A stretch of 64,000 bases of DNA from Chloroflexota bacterium. Its GTDB lineage: Bacteria > Chloroflexota > Dehalococcoidia > Lucifugimonadales > UBA3495. The notes under the pieces were generated by a model. That model did no database searches. It worked only from the letters and a program-made list of their open reading frames with translations, and was not told where the DNA came from. A program made the translations under genes and the position numbers. Where the stretch lies: positions 69,711 to 133,710 of the forward strand of contig JAQBVF010000002.1 in NCBI GenBank assembly GCA_027623675.1. The letters are read 5' to 3'. Position 1 is the first letter of the stretch; each line of letters starts with the position of its first letter. Positions 1 through 11,658 of the stretch are shown here, piece by piece.

Positions 1-1
1 C

Positions 2-256
2 ATGGCCTGGATCACCGACTACGATTGTTGGCACCAAAGCTCGGAGTCGGTCACGGTGGACATGGTGATCGCCAATCTATTGAAGAACGTGGCGACCTCA
101 AAAGCACTGCTGCGGCAGGTGATTCCGGCGCTGAAAGGCGAGCGCAATTGTCCCTGCGAGTCGGCGCTTAAAGATGCGATAATCACCCGGAAAGAAGAGA
201 TTCCGGAAGATTTGAAACGAAAACTAGCCCCGGTAACAGGAAGATATTTAAGTTAG
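2..256 (+). CDS. mtnP: S-methyl-5'-thioadenosine phosphorylase, C-terminal fragment (5' end outside window)
   Basis: Reading frame open from the window edge. The ITDYDCWH...VTVDMV segment is typical of the MTAP/PNP-family C-terminus. Sits next to ahcY and metK. Confidence 0.6.
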   Translation: MAWITDYDCWHQSSESVTVDMVIANLLKNVATSKALLRQVIPALKGERNCPCESALKDAIITRKEEIPEDLKRKLAPVTGRYLS

Positions 257-295
257 GGACCGGTAACGTCCCGGCTAAGATCGAGGAGGACCGAA

Positions 296-640
296 ATGCC
301 TAGACAAGACCCAGGGGAGCCATATTTCAGGGTGAATTCCGCCGAAGGCCAGGCGATGCGTGAAGCGGACCCTGATGGCATTGTGGTGATAGATGTCCGG
401 CGCGACGATGAGTGGGTCACCGGCCACGTCGCTGGCGCCATCCACGTTCCGGTTGACGACCTGACGGACAGGATCGACCAGATCCCCACCGACAAGAAAG
501 TATTGTTCATCTGCGCCGCCGGCGTAAGGAGCGGCTTGGCCTGCGAGATGGCCGCGGCCCTGGGCTACGAAGCAGAGAACCTGTACAACATCGAAGACGG
601 GACACCCGCCTGGATCGCCGGCGGCCATCCCACTTCTTAC

Positions 641-652
<12 letters not shown>
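296..652 (+). CDS. single-domain rhodanese-like sulfurtransferase
   Basis: 118 aa with a GGAGGA RBS upstream. Active-site loop is CAAGVRS (CxxGxR[ST]). The VIDVRRDDEW...GHV(A)GA pattern matches rhodanese domains. Confidence 0.75.
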
Positions 653-2063
<1,411 letters not shown>

Positions 2064-2148
2064 GCCACCAGACATAACGCATACACCGGCAAATTCAACA
2101 CGAGGGGCAGACCGGCCCCAGGTTGCAACAGGAGAGAGAAGAACTACC

Positions 2149-3357
2149 ATGCCAATGCTATTCCACGAATCGCCCAAATACCTGCTGACTTCAGAGTCGG
2201 TAACCGAAGGACACCCCGACAAGCTATGCGACCAGATCTCCGACGGAGTACTGGACGCCGTACTGACCAACGACCCCATGGGCCGCGTCGCCTGTGAGAC
2301 CGCCGTCACCAACGGACTGGTCATGGTCATGGGTGAGATCACCACCAACTCGTATGTGGACGTGCCCAAGATCGTCCGCGAGACCCTGGCCAGGGCCGGG
2401 TACACCAACTCCGACTACGGTATCGACGCCATGAGCTGCGGAGTGGCTGTCTCCATCCAGGAGCAGTCCAGCGATATCAGCGCCGGCGTTACCACCGCCC
2501 TGGAACAGCGCGGCTCGGCCGCGGAAGAAGCCTTGATGCAGACCGGCGCCGGCGACCAGGGAATGATGGTCGGGTTCGCCTGCAATGAGACTCCCGAACT
2601 GATGCCCCTCACGGTGAGCCTGTCCCAGCGGTTGGTTGAGCGACTGGCCCTGGTCCGGAAGGAGGGCATCCTGCCCTACCTGCGGCCCGACGGCAAGTCC
2701 CAGGTGACCGTTGAGTATCGCCACGGGGTCGCCCACCGCGTTGACACCGTGGTCATCAGCGCCCAGCACAACCCCGAAGTCACCAACGAGCAGATCGAGA
2801 AGGACATCACCGAGCAGGTCATCAAGAAGATCGTCCCCGCCAATCTGATGGACGCCGACACCAAGATCTTCGTCAACCCCAGCGGCCGGTTCGTGATTGG
2901 CGGACCCGCCGGGGATAGCGGCCTGACCGGCCGGAAGATTCTGGTCGACACCTACGGCGGCATCGCTCGTCACGGCGGCGGCGCTTTCTCGGGCAAGGAC
3001 CCGACCAAGGTTGACCGTTCGGCGGCCTACGCTGCCCGCTACGTGGCCAAGAACCTGGTGGCGGCCGGCCTGGCCGACCGCGCCGAAGTTCTAGTCTCCT
3101 ACGCCATCGGCGTGGCCACCCCCATATCGGTGGCGGTCGAGACCTTCGACACCAACAAGGTCGACAGCGACACCATCCACGCACTGGTGGCCAAGCACTT
3201 CGACCTGCGTCCCGCGGCAATCATCCGCGACCTGGACCTGCGCCGGCCGATCTACCAGGCCACGGCCGCCTACGGGCACTTTGGGCGGGAATCGCTCAAC
3301 CTGTCCTGGGAGAGGACCGATAAAGCCGAAGCCTTGAGGAAAGACGCTGGCCTCTAG
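2149..3357 (+). CDS. metK: S-adenosylmethionine synthetase
   Basis: ATG at 2149 follows GGAGAGAGA. Motifs are [21 protein letters not shown] and GGGAFSGKD. The track ORF starting at 1939 is a 5' over-extension overlapping ahcY. Confidence 0.95.
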   Translation: MPMLFHESPKYLLTSESVTEGHPDKLCDQISDGVLDAVLTNDPMGRVACETAVTNGLVMVMGEITTNSYVDVPKIVRETLARAGYTNSDYGIDAMSCGVAVSIQEQSSDISAGVTTALEQRGSAAEEALMQTGAGDQGMMVGFACNETPELMPLTVSLSQRLVERLALVRKEGILPYLRPDGKSQVTVEYRHGVAHRVDTVVISAQHNPEVTNEQIEKDITEQVIKKIVPANLMDADTKIFVNPSGRFVIGGPAGDSGLTGRKILVDTYGGIARHGGGAFSGKDPTKVDRSAAYAARYVAKNLVAAGLADRAEVLVSYAIGVATPISVAVETFDTNKVDSDTIHALVAKHFDLRPAAIIRDLDLRRPIYQATAAYGHFGRESLNLSWERTDKAEALRKDAGL

Positions 3358-3416
3358 CCTTCCGGTCTAAGCTGTTTATCAACTCTCTAGGGGGCAGTTG
3401 ATAGCAGGCAGATCCT

Positions 3417-3452
3417 GGGGTCCTTGGCAGATTGCCAAGGACCCCATTTTTA
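3417..3452 (+). terminator. intrinsic terminator after metK
   Basis: 12-bp perfect stem ggggtccttggc / gccaaggacccc with a 5-nt loop, followed by ATTTTTA. Confidence 0.7.
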
Positions 3453-3555
3453 TTGCCCTTAACGGATTCTGGTAACATGCGTTTTACCGTATCGATGGCC
3501 GGAGCGGCGAAAACATGCCAACCGGCATCGAAATCCAACTCACCGAGGCGTTGAA

Positions 3556-4989
3556 TTGGCCGACCTGACAGACATAAGATTCGGGACCGACGGCTGGCGG
3601 GCGTTGATCGCCAACGAGTATACGTTCGAGAACGTGGCCCGTTGCGCTGAGGGCCTGTGTGTTCATCTGAAAGCGGCCGGAACGGCCGGCAAGGGTTTGG
3701 TCGTTGGCTACGACACCCGGTTCCTGTCGCCCGAGTTCGCAGATACCGTTGCCGCTGTGTGCGCCGCCCAAGGAGTCAAAGTTTACCTGGCTGATAAACA
3801 AGCCCCTACCCCGGTCCTCAGCTACAACGTATTGCACCATCAGGCAGGCGGCGCCGCCATCATCACCGCCAGCCACAACCCCGCCCAGTGGAACGGGTTC
3901 AAGTTCAAGCCCGAATACGCCGGCAGCGCCACTCAGGAGATCACGGACCGTCTGGAGGCGGCCATCGCCCAGGTCCCGGTTAAGCCAGTCCCCAGCATGG
4001 CGGCGGGGCGGGAGAGCGGAATGATTGTGGACATTGACCCCGCGCCTCCCTACCTCGAGCGCATCGCCTCTCAGGTGAACCTGGACGCCATCAAGAGCGC
4101 CGGCCTCCAGGTTGTCGTGGATGCCATGTACGGGGCCGGATTGGGCTACCTGCCGGCGCTCTTAGCCGGCGGCAAAACCACCGTCAGGGAGCTCCACGGC
4201 CACCGTAACCCGGCATTTCCCGGTATGCAGCAGCCTGAGCCCATCGCCCACAATCTGACGGAGATTTCGGCTCTCATCGCCAAGGAGGGCGCTCACGGGG
4301 GAAAGTCGGTGGGTATCGCCCTGGATGGCGACGCCGACCGTGTGGGAATCATCGACGAGCAGGGCCGCTTCGTCACCACATTGGACACTTTTTCCATGCT
4401 GGCCCAGTACCTTTTGGAGCAGAAGCAGCAGCGCGGAGCACTGGTCAAGGGCGTCACCTCATCCATCGCCCTCAACCACTTGGGCGCGGCCTACGGGGTG
4501 GATGTCCACGAGATGCGGGTTGGCTTCAAAAACATCGGCCCCAAAATGACTGAGGTGGACGCCTTGATGGGCGGGGAGGAGAGCGGCGGGTTCGCCTTCC
4601 GGGGCCATATCCCCGAACGCGACGGCATCCTGAGCGGGCTGTATATCCTGGAATACATGGCCGTAACCGGCGAAAGTCCAACCCAGTTGTTGCAGCGGTT
4701 GATCGACAAGGTCGGCCCCCACTCGTACCACCGGCGTGACATCGGCTTCCAAGCCAGCGACCGGGAACGGATCCTAGAAGCGGTGAACGACCCGGCTTTT
4801 ACCGAGGTCGCCGGAATCCCGATTCTCGGCTCCGACACAATCGATGGCCGCAGGTTCCGGGTGGATGACGGCTGGCTGGCGGTGCGGTTCTCCGGCACCG
4901 AGCCCCTGCTCCGCATCTACGCCGAAGCCGCCACGCCCGAGTTGGTGGAGAAGCTACTTGATGGGGCCATGACCTACCTCAAGGTCTAG
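3556..4989 (+). CDS. phosphoglucomutase/phosphomannomutase family protein
   Basis: 477 aa with a TTG start 7 nt after GAGG. Motifs are the TASHNP phosphoserine loop, the GIALDGDADR metal loop and the GEESGG sugar loop. Confidence 0.85.
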   Translation: MADLTDIRFGTDGWRALIANEYTFENVARCAEGLCVHLKAAGTAGKGLVVGYDTRFLSPEFADTVAAVCAAQGVKVYLADKQAPTPVLSYNVLHHQAGGAAIITASHNPAQWNGFKFKPEYAGSATQEITDRLEAAIAQVPVKPVPSMAAGRESGMIVDIDPAPPYLERIASQVNLDAIKSAGLQVVVDAMYGAGLGYLPALLAGGKTTVRELHGHRNPAFPGMQQPEPIAHNLTEISALIAKEGAHGGKSVGIALDGDADRVGIIDEQGRFVTTLDTFSMLAQYLLEQKQQRGALVKGVTSSIALNHLGAAYGVDVHEMRVGFKNIGPKMTEVDALMGGEESGGFAFRGHIPERDGILSGLYILEYMAVTGESPTQLLQRLIDKVGPHSYHRRDIGFQASDRERILEAVNDPAFTEVAGIPILGSDTIDGRRFRVDDGWLAVRFSGTEPLLRIYAEAATPELVEKLLDGAMTYLKV

Positions 4990-5323
4990 CCAGCAGGTGA
5001 CCGTGCCGGTCAACACGAATCAAGCGAAGCGTCCGGACGCCGGGGTTGAGCCAGAGTTCACCAAGCAACGAGGGTCTTTCCCGAATCGTCGGCCTCAAGT
5101 AATCAGGCCGCTCCCGTTGGTCCTGAGCTCCGTCGAAGGGCGTGCATAAGTCTCGTTGGGGGATAACGCTAAATGCGGTGGGTTCCAGGTCTTAATCCCG
5201 AAGGATGCCACGAACGGGACGCCGGGAATCCGGCCTGTCGGGTGCAACCGGCTACAATCACCAAAGGAATGAGACCGTTGGCCCATCTCCAGAAGGGCTC
5301 GGAATGACGGCTTTCGTTGAATG

Positions 5324-5352
5324 AAAAAGGCCCCGGAATTATCCGGGGCCTT
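5324..5352 (-). terminator. intrinsic terminator after rpsI (hairpin could act bidirectionally)
   Basis: Stem aggccccgg / ccggggcct with a 6-nt loop. On the minus strand a T5 run follows. Lies 26 nt past the rpsI stop. Confidence 0.7.
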
Positions 5353-5377
5353 TCGGTTTCCAGTTGTTGCTGGGTCT

Positions 5378-5788
5378 CTACCGCTTGGTGTACTGCGGCG
5401 CCCGGCGGGCCCGCTTGAGGCCGTACTTCTTGCTCTCTTTGATGCGGGCGTCGCGGGTGATGAGACCGGCCCGGCGCAAACTGGGCTTGAGGGTGGCGTC
5501 GTAGACCACCAGCGCCCGGGCGATGCCGTGACGGATGGCCTCGGATTGCGCGTTCACACCTCCGCCGGCGACCTTGACCACCACCCGGAACTTGTTGACG
5601 GTATCGCTGATACGGAACGCTTCGTTGATCGTCTTCTGCCAGGGGGCCCAGTTGAAGAACTCGTCCATGGGCTTCCCGTTGACCAGGATGGGGCCGCCGT
5701 CGTCCAGGTAAAGGCGCACCCGGGCGATGGCCGTCTTACGCTTGCCCGTTCCGTAGAAATAAGTCTGGTTGGCTTCAGCTTGTACCAA
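5378..5788 (-). CDS. rpsI: 30S ribosomal protein S9
   Basis: 136 aa, ending ...YGLKRARRAPQYTKR. Follows rplM. Confidence 0.95.
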   Translation of the reverse strand: MVQAEANQTYFYGTGKRKTAIARVRLYLDDGGPILVNGKPMDEFFNWAPWQKTINEAFRISDTVNKFRVVVKVAGGGVNAQSEAIRHGIARALVVYDATLKPSLRRAGLITRDARIKESKKYGLKRARRAPQYTKR

Positions 5789-5844
5789 GGTTGGTCTTTC
5801 CTTTTATTTGACTATGCGCTACTCGGCTAGGGGTTAGGCGAGCG

Positions 5845-6312
5845 CTAGGCGTCCGTTGTCGGGGGTTCGGCTACCGGATGTCCGGTCACCTGGGCCTCGT
5901 GCGGATGGTCCGGGCCGCTGTACACCTTGAGGCGGCGCAACATCTGCCGTCCCATATGGTTCTTGGGGAGCATGCCCTTAACGGCCAGTTCCAGCACCCG
6001 ATCGGGCTTGGAGTCCATCAGATCCCTCAGACGGAAAGTCCTCAGGTTTCCCACGTACCCACTGTGCCGGTAGTACATCTTCTGGTCCAACTTCTTGCCG
6101 GTGACCTTAAGGTCGGCGGCGTTGGTCACCACCACGAAGTCACCCGTGAGGGTGTGGGGCGTGTAGCTGGTTTTGTCTTTGCCTTGCAGGGCAATGGCGA
6201 TGTTTCTTGCTATCCGACCCAGGGTTTGGCCCTGAGCGTCGATCACTCGCCACCGTTCGGCGGTGTCGCCAGGCTTGGCAAAATATGTGCTGGTTCGTTT
6301 CATTTCTTTCAA
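5845..6312 (-). CDS. rplM: 50S ribosomal protein L13
   Basis: 155 aa. The W(R)VIDA.GQ.LGR.A..IA..L.GK pattern is typical of L13. Confidence 0.95.
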   Translation of the reverse strand: MKEMKRTSTYFAKPGDTAERWRVIDAQGQTLGRIARNIAIALQGKDKTSYTPHTLTGDFVVVTNAADLKVTGKKLDQKMYYRHSGYVGNLRTFRLRDLMDSKPDRVLELAVKGMLPKNHMGRQMLRRLKVYSGPDHPHEAQVTGHPVAEPPTTDA

Positions 6313-6365
6313 TTCCGTTCTAGTTATTCCAGTGGCCAGTCCGGTCGTCCCAATATCAGCGGCGC

Positions 6366-7103
6366 TTATTGGACTTCAAACCTGACGGAACCTGGATATC
6401 TTACACTAATTAGGCAAAGTCCGTGTGCGGGCAACAAGGGCGATCCGTCTACGGCGCCGTCCAGCGCCTGAGTGATTCGCTCCACCGGATATTTCCCTCT
6501 TCCGATCTCTGTTAAAATTCCGTTCGCTTTCCTTATCTGTTGTTTCAAGAAGCCGTTGGCTTCACACTCGATAACGATGTTGTCGCCGGTCTGTTCAATG
6601 TCCCACCGCTTCACTTCCCGAACTGAGCCGCGGTCTTCGGGATGCCCCACGGCCAGCGCCCGAAAGTCGTGGATCCCCACCAGGAGCTGGGCTGCCTCGG
6701 CCATCTTCCCGGTGTCCAGGCACTCCCTGATCCAGAGGTGGCTGTGCCTGCGCAATGGCGAAGGCGAGGGCCGGTTCAATATGCTGTACTGGTAGGTCCT
6801 GCCCAGTGCGCTCCGCCGGGAGTTGAAATCCTCGTCCACCCGGTAGGCCTCGAGGACTTTGATGTCCTCGGGGAGATGATAGTTCATGGCGGGAGCGAAT
6901 CTTTCCAGCGGGTGCCGGGTGCCGGTCAGGAAGTCTACCATCTGACCCTTGGCGTGGGCCCCGGAATCGGTGCGGCTGGCGCCCCGGATCCTGGTTTCCT
7001 GCCCGGTAAACTTGGCCAGAGCCTTCTCCAGTTCACCTTGAATGGTCGGAGGACCTGCCTGGAGTTGGAAGCCGGCGTAATTGGTGCCTTGATATTCAAC
7101 CAA
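6366..7103 (-). CDS. truA: tRNA pseudouridine(38-40) synthase TruA (5' end uncertain)
   Basis: Contains EYQGTNYAGFQLQ and the catalytic GASRTDSGAHA motif. The only canonical start (TTG at 7103) removes the usual first beta-strand. Confidence 0.85.
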   Translation of the reverse strand: MVEYQGTNYAGFQLQAGPPTIQGELEKALAKFTGQETRIRGASRTDSGAHAKGQMVDFLTGTRHPLERFAPAMNYHLPEDIKVLEAYRVDEDFNSRRSALGRTYQYSILNRPSPSPLRRHSHLWIRECLDTGKMAEAAQLLVGIHDFRALAVGHPEDRGSVREVKRWDIEQTGDNIVIECEANGFLKQQIRKANGILTEIGRGKYPVERITQALDGAVDGSPLLPAHGLCLISVRYPGSVRFEVQ

Positions 7104-7208
7104 CAGGGCGGCCCGCCAAAGGTGCTCGCCCGTTTCTTTCTCTAAACCGCTGGCTGATTCGTTAACTGAGTTTTGGACTCTGCCGTCTTTTATCTAGATC
7201 TTGCTCCG

Positions 7209-7562
7209 TTAGACCAACTCGATGATCGCCATCAGGGCGGAGTCACCGGTGCGCGGTCCCAATTTCATGATCCTGGTATAGCCGCCGGGCCGTTCGGCGT
7301 AGCGGACCGCCACGTCGTCAAACACTTTCTTTACCACTTTGGAGTTGGGCACCTGGGCCATGGCCAACCGGCGATGGTTCAGGTTGCCCTTTTTGCCGTG
7401 GGTGATCAGTTTCTCGGCCATCACCCTGGTCTCTTTGGCCTTGGCCAGGGTGGTGGTGATGCGTTCGTGGGTTATCAGTTCCACAACCAAACCCCGCAGC
7501 AATGCGGTGCGTTGGTCGCGGTACCGGCTGAGTTTTCTACCGGCAATTCTGTGGGAGGCCAT
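7209..7562 (-). CDS. rplQ: 50S ribosomal protein L17
   Basis: 117 aa with a recognisable L17 sequence (GRKLSR...RALLRGL...TT..KAKE). Follows rpoA. Confidence 0.95.
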   Translation of the reverse strand: MASHRIAGRKLSRYRDQRTALLRGLVVELITHERITTTLAKAKETRVMAEKLITHGKKGNLNHRRLAMAQVPNSKVVKKVFDDVAVRYAERPGGYTRIMKLGPRTGDSALMAIIELV

Positions 7563-7564
7563 GG

Positions 7565-8722
7565 CTACTCGTCATCCTCGTCTTCGATATCGTCCAGGTC
7601 GTCTTCGTCGGGCCCGTCGTCCAAGTCGCCGGTCTCTTCAATTGACATTCCGGGAGCGTCGGCTGGCGAGTCGGGTGGGGCGTCGCCCATCAGTTCGCCC
7701 AAGTCCTCGGTGGAAAGGTCAGGCACCCTGCCGGCGGGCCGGTCGGCAAAGTCGGTAACACCGTTCTCATACAGCTTTTCTTTCAACTCAACCAGCGATT
7801 TCTCGCCGAAGTTGCGTATCTTAAGCAGTTCGTCGTCGGACATCTCCAGGACTTCGCCGACCTTGGAGATGTGAGAGCGCTTCAGGCAGTTCAGGGTGCG
7901 CGGAGACAGTTCCAGCTTCTCTATAGGCGTCTGGTAGATCTCCGGGGACACCACCAACGGCACTCGTTCGTTCCCTTCCTCGGCAACCCGGTTCAAGTTG
8001 CTGAATAGGAAGAAGTGATTAACGAGATTCTCGGCGGCTTGCTGAATGGCCTCGACAGCCTTGATCGTGCCGTCGGTCCAAACTTCCATCACCAAGCGCT
8101 CGTAATCGGTAACTTGACCGACCCTGGTGCGCTCGACGTTGTAATTGACCTTGCGAACGGGGCTGAACACGGCGTCCACGGGCAGAACACCCACTGGCGG
8201 GTTGTTGGTCCCGTCGTGCTGTGCCGCTGCCTGGTAGCCAACGCCCTGTTCGACGTTGAATTCCATGGACAGGTGGGAGTCATCGGAGTCCAGGGTCGCC
8301 AGGTGCAACTCTGGATTCACAATCTCGAAGTCGCTCGACGTTGCGATGTCACCCGCGCAAACCCGGCCTTCGCCTTTGACGTCCAGGCGCATCTTGCCCG
8401 CCCGGTCCGATTGGGAGCGGATCCGGATGCGCTTGACGTTTAGGAGGAGTTCCATAACTTCCTCTTTGACGCCAGGCACGGCGGCATACTCGTGGACCAC
8501 GTCGTCAATCTTGACCCACGTGACCGCGCAGCCTTTGGTGGAGCTGAGCAATATCCTCCGAAGAGGGTTGCCGATGGTCAGACCGAAACCACGGGGCAGC
8601 GGCTCGACGGCCACCTTCCCATAAGTATCCTCTGATTCCAACACCCGAATCTCGGGCTTTATGATTTCTGTACCGGTCTCCGGCGAACCCGGAGTCAGGA
8701 TTAAGGTGTCCAACATGGACAA
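7565..8722 (-). CDS. rpoA: DNA-directed RNA polymerase alpha subunit with ~58-aa acidic C-terminal tail
   Basis: 385 aa. The N-terminal domain and the alpha-CTD ([18 protein letters not shown]) are recognisable. Ends ...[14 protein letters not shown]. Confidence 0.95.
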   Translation of the reverse strand: MSMLDTLILTPGSPETGTEIIKPEIRVLESEDTYGKVAVEPLPRGFGLTIGNPLRRILLSSTKGCAVTWVKIDDVVHEYAAVPGVKEEVMELLLNVKRIRIRSQSDRAGKMRLDVKGEGRVCAGDIATSSDFEIVNPELHLATLDSDDSHLSMEFNVEQGVGYQAAAQHDGTNNPPVGVLPVDAVFSPVRKVNYNVERTRVGQVTDYERLVMEVWTDGTIKAVEAIQQAAENLVNHFFLFSNLNRVAEEGNERVPLVVSPEIYQTPIEKLELSPRTLNCLKRSHISKVGEVLEMSDDELLKIRNFGEKSLVELKEKLYENGVTDFADRPAGRVPDLSTEDLGELMGDAPPDSPADAPGMSIEETGDLDDGPDEDDLDDIEDEDDE

Positions 8723-8723
8723 A

Positions 8724-9350
8724 CTACCTCGAGTAAAACTCTACTATCAGCCTTGAATCTACTATTGCTTGCAGGTCCTCATCGGCGGGGAGCGACACCA
8801 CTGTGCCAGTCATCTCGCTTTGGTCCAGACTCAGCCAAGCGGGGATGGGCCGTTTGGGGATCCCGTCGATCCGGCCGGCGTAGAAGTCGGTGGTCTTGAT
8901 GGACTCCTTCCAGGAAATCACATCGCCGGGTCTTACCTGGTATGAGGGCACATCGGTCTTGTTACCGTTGACCCGGAAGTGGCCGTGGAGCACGGTCTGG
9001 CGGCCCTGTTTCCTGGAGTCGGAGAAACCAAGCTGGAATACCACATTGTCCAAACGACGCTCCAGAGACCGGAGCAGGTTCATGCCGGTCACTCCGGGCG
9101 TGTTGAACGCGTTGGTCATGTAGCGCCTGAATTGGCCTTCCATGACGCCGTAGATGTATTTGGCCTTTTGCTTCTCCCGCAGGTGAACGGCGTAGTCGGT
9201 AGGCCTTCGGCGGCGGCGGGAGATGTCGCCGGGGGGATTGCGGCGCTTCTCGAAAGCGCAGCGGGGCGTGAAGCACTTATCGCCCTTTAAAAATAGCTTT
9301 TCGCCGGACCGCCGGCAGAGGCGGCAGGAGGGTCCTGTATATCTTCCCAT
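8724..9350 (-). CDS. rpsD: 30S ribosomal protein S4
   Basis: ATG at 9350 gives the canonical MGRYTGPSCRLCRR N-terminus, 8 nt after the rpsK stop. The alternative GTG at 9389 would overlap rpsK by 31 nt. Confidence 0.9.
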   Translation of the reverse strand: MGRYTGPSCRLCRRSGEKLFLKGDKCFTPRCAFEKRRNPPGDISRRRRRPTDYAVHLREKQKAKYIYGVMEGQFRRYMTNAFNTPGVTGMNLLRSLERRLDNVVFQLGFSDSRKQGRQTVLHGHFRVNGNKTDVPSYQVRPGDVISWKESIKTTDFYAGRIDGIPKRPIPAWLSLDQSEMTGTVVSLPADEDLQAIVDSRLIVEFYSR

Positions 9351-9358
9351 GGACGGAG

Positions 9359-9742
9359 TTACACTCTCCTTCGTTTTGGCGGGCGGCACCCATTGTGAGG
9401 GATGGGCGTCACGTCCCGGATGCTGGTCACGAAAAGTCCTGCTCCCTGGAGGGAACGGATGGCGGCTTCCCGTCCCGCGCCAGGTCCCTTGATGAGGACG
9501 TCGATCTGGCGGAGTCCGGAATCCATACCCTTGCGGGCGGCCTGCTCGGCGGCGCGCTGGGCGGCGAAAGCGGTGCCCTTCCGGGAGCCTTTGAAGCCCA
9601 CGGTGCCGGCGCTGGCAGTGGCGATAACGTTGCCCTGGGGGTCTGTAAGACTCACCAGGGTGTTGTTGAATGTCGAATAGATATAGGCCCGTCCTTGAGG
9701 CACCGAACGGCGCTCACGACGCCTTGTCCTTGGTCTAGGCAT
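9359..9742 (-). CDS. rpsK: 30S ribosomal protein S11
   Basis: 127 aa with a recognisable S11 sequence (...TFNNT.V..TD..GN....SAG..GFKGSRK.T..AAQ). Confidence 0.95.
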   Translation of the reverse strand: MPRPRTRRRERRSVPQGRAYIYSTFNNTLVSLTDPQGNVIATASAGTVGFKGSRKGTAFAAQRAAEQAARKGMDSGLRQIDVLIKGPGAGREAAIRSLQGAGLFVTSIRDVTPIPHNGCRPPKRRRV

Positions 9743-9780
9743 AAATAAATCTCTCTCGTACTAGCTGGTCTAGCTCGTGG

Positions 9781-10170
9781 CTACTTGCCGCCGGTGCGCC
9801 TGCCGCGGCCTGCGACGGTGCGGCGGGGTCCTTTGCGGGTTCGGGCATTGGTCTTGGTGCGTTGCCCGGCGACGGGCAGGTTCCGGCGGTGGCGCAGACC
9901 CCGGTAGGTGCCGATCTCGATGAGACGGCGAATGTTCTGGTTAACTTCCCGGCGCAGATCGCCTTCGTTGATGTAGTCCCGGTCGACCAATTCCCTGATC
10001 CGGTCAACCTGTGCCTCGGTCAGTTCAATCATCCGCGGGGGAATGACCGGGTCAAGTTCGGCTTTGATCAGGATCTCTTCAGCAATCTTCGGGCCGATGC
10101 CATAGATGCTGCGAAGGGCTACATGCGCCCTCTTTCGGTCGGGAACGTCTACTCCGGCGATACGGACCAC
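9781..10170 (-). CDS. rpsM: 30S ribosomal protein S13
   Basis: 129 aa, starting MVRIAGVD.P..K.....L..IYGIG. Confidence 0.95.
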   Translation of the reverse strand: MVRIAGVDVPDRKRAHVALRSIYGIGPKIAEEILIKAELDPVIPPRMIELTEAQVDRIRELVDRDYINEGDLRREVNQNIRRLIEIGTYRGLRHRRNLPVAGQRTKTNARTRKGPRRTVAGRGRRTGGK

Positions 10171-10258
10171 TCCGGGCCTCCTTAAATTAACCCCATCTAA
10201 TCCAATGGGTGACGGTCATCAAGACGACCGTCATTAAATTACCGTATATTGCTCTTGC

Positions 10259-10372
10259 TTAACCCTGCCGCTGGGAGTGCCTGGGGTTGGAACAGATTAT
10301 CCTGACCACACCCTTGCGCTTGATCACATGGCAGTTGCTGCACCTGGGCTTAACCGATGCTGATACTTTCAA
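10259..10372 (-). CDS. rpmJ: 50S ribosomal protein L36
   Basis: Hand-translated; below the track cut-off. TTG start, sequence [37 protein letters not shown] plus stop. Lies between infA and rpsM. Confidence 0.9.
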   Translation of the reverse strand: MKVSASVKPRCSNCHVIKRKGVVRIICSNPRHSQRQG

Positions 10373-10431
10373 AACTAATGCCTTATAGCTGATTGACCGG
10401 TGAAATCGGGGAACGAGTCACTAGGACCGAA

Positions 10432-10650
10432 CTACTTGAACCGGTAGGTTATCCGGCCCCGGGTCAGATCGTATGGAGACAACTCCACCAGCACCCGGTC
10501 GCCGGGCAACACCCGGATAAAGTGCATCCTGATCTTTCCGGAAACGTGGGCCAAGACCTCATGATCGTTGGGAAGCTCCACCCGGAACATGCCATTGGGA
10601 AGAGCCTCTTTGACGCTGGCCTCAACCTCGATCGCTTGTTTCTTCGCCAT
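10432..10650 (-). CDS. infA: translation initiation factor IF-1
   Basis: 72 aa with an S1-like fold sequence: MAKK..IE..(A)V.E.LPN..F.V.L.N.HEVLAH.SGK(I)R...IR.LPGD.V.VE.SPYDL..GRI.YR. Confidence 0.95.
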   Translation of the reverse strand: MAKKQAIEVEASVKEALPNGMFRVELPNDHEVLAHVSGKIRMHFIRVLPGDRVLVELSPYDLTRGRITYRFK

Positions 10651-10746
10651 AATGCCTCGTTAAGTAATCCCGTAAGATAATTCCAAATCGCGCCCTCCCC
10701 GGTCCCACCGGTGGGAGAACGCTGCGGACCGCTGGCCGGCCCGGTG

Positions 10747-11553
10747 TTAGCCGTGGACCGTTAGAATCTCCGGTCCATCTTCAGTGATGGCTATAGAATG
10801 CTCGAAATGGGCCGAGAGTTCGCCGTCGGCGGTTATCACGGTCCATTCGTCATCCAGAATCTTCGTGTGCCAGTCCCCCATGTTGAACATCGGCTCGATG
10901 GCGATGCACATCCCAACGCGAAGCAGCGGGCCCATGCCCGCCTGCCCGTAGTTGGGCACCTGGGGGTCTTCGTGCAGGAACCGGCCAACGCCGTGTCCCA
11001 CAAACTCCCGCACCACGCCGTAGCCGAGGCTCTCACCGTAGGCCTGCACCGCAGCGCCAATATCGCCGACCCGCCCGCCGGGCTGGGCCGCTTTGATACC
11101 CATTTCCAAGCTGATACGAGTGGCGTCCATCAAAGCCACGGCTTCCGGCGTTACTTCGCCAACGGCCATTGATACCGCTGCGTCGCCAATCATGCCCTCG
11201 ATGGTGGCTCCCACGTCAACCTTCACGATATCGCCCTCTTTAAGCACCCGTTTGCCGGGTATCCCGTGGACGATCTCTTCATTGACCGAAGTACAGATAC
11301 TGGCAGGGAATCCCCGGTAACCCATGAATGTGGGTTTGGCTCCCTGACGAGTAATCTCTTTGTAAGCGATCTTGTCCAAATCTTTGGTGGTCATTCCAGG
11401 TTCCACCGCAGCTTTCAACAGATCGATCACCGCGCCTACGATGCCTCCCGCACGACGCATAGAGTCCAGCTCCTGGGGCGATTTAATCGTAATCCCCCCC
11501 GAGTAGGTGGACGCCGAGTTTGAGGCGGTCTCATTTTTACGGCCGCGATTCAC
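10747..11553 (-). CDS. map: type I methionine aminopeptidase
   Basis: 268 aa. Metal-ligand context is present (GD(I)V.VD, GHG(V)G, HFEH). Confidence 0.9.
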   Translation of the reverse strand: MNRGRKNETASNSASTYSGGITIKSPQELDSMRRAGGIVGAVIDLLKAAVEPGMTTKDLDKIAYKEITRQGAKPTFMGYRGFPASICTSVNEEIVHGIPGKRVLKEGDIVKVDVGATIEGMIGDAAVSMAVGEVTPEAVALMDATRISLEMGIKAAQPGGRVGDIGAAVQAYGESLGYGVVREFVGHGVGRFLHEDPQVPNYGQAGMGPLLRVGMCIAIEPMFNMGDWHTKILDDEWTVITADGELSAHFEHSIAITEDGPEILTVHG

Positions 11554-11658
11554 TTTGTATATTCTACTCCCGATTGATGGCCTTGGGAACCCAGGGGGTT
11601 ATCACTATCGTTAGGTTCCGGTAAACCCGCTAGCAAGCCGCCTGGCCGAAATGGACGT

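Noticed and set aside
5095-5286. 63-aa minus-strand ORF in the pgm-rpsI gap.
   Set aside because: It has no RBS or recognisable sequence and lies downstream of the rpsI terminator. The region is better considered as possible non-coding RNA (see findings).
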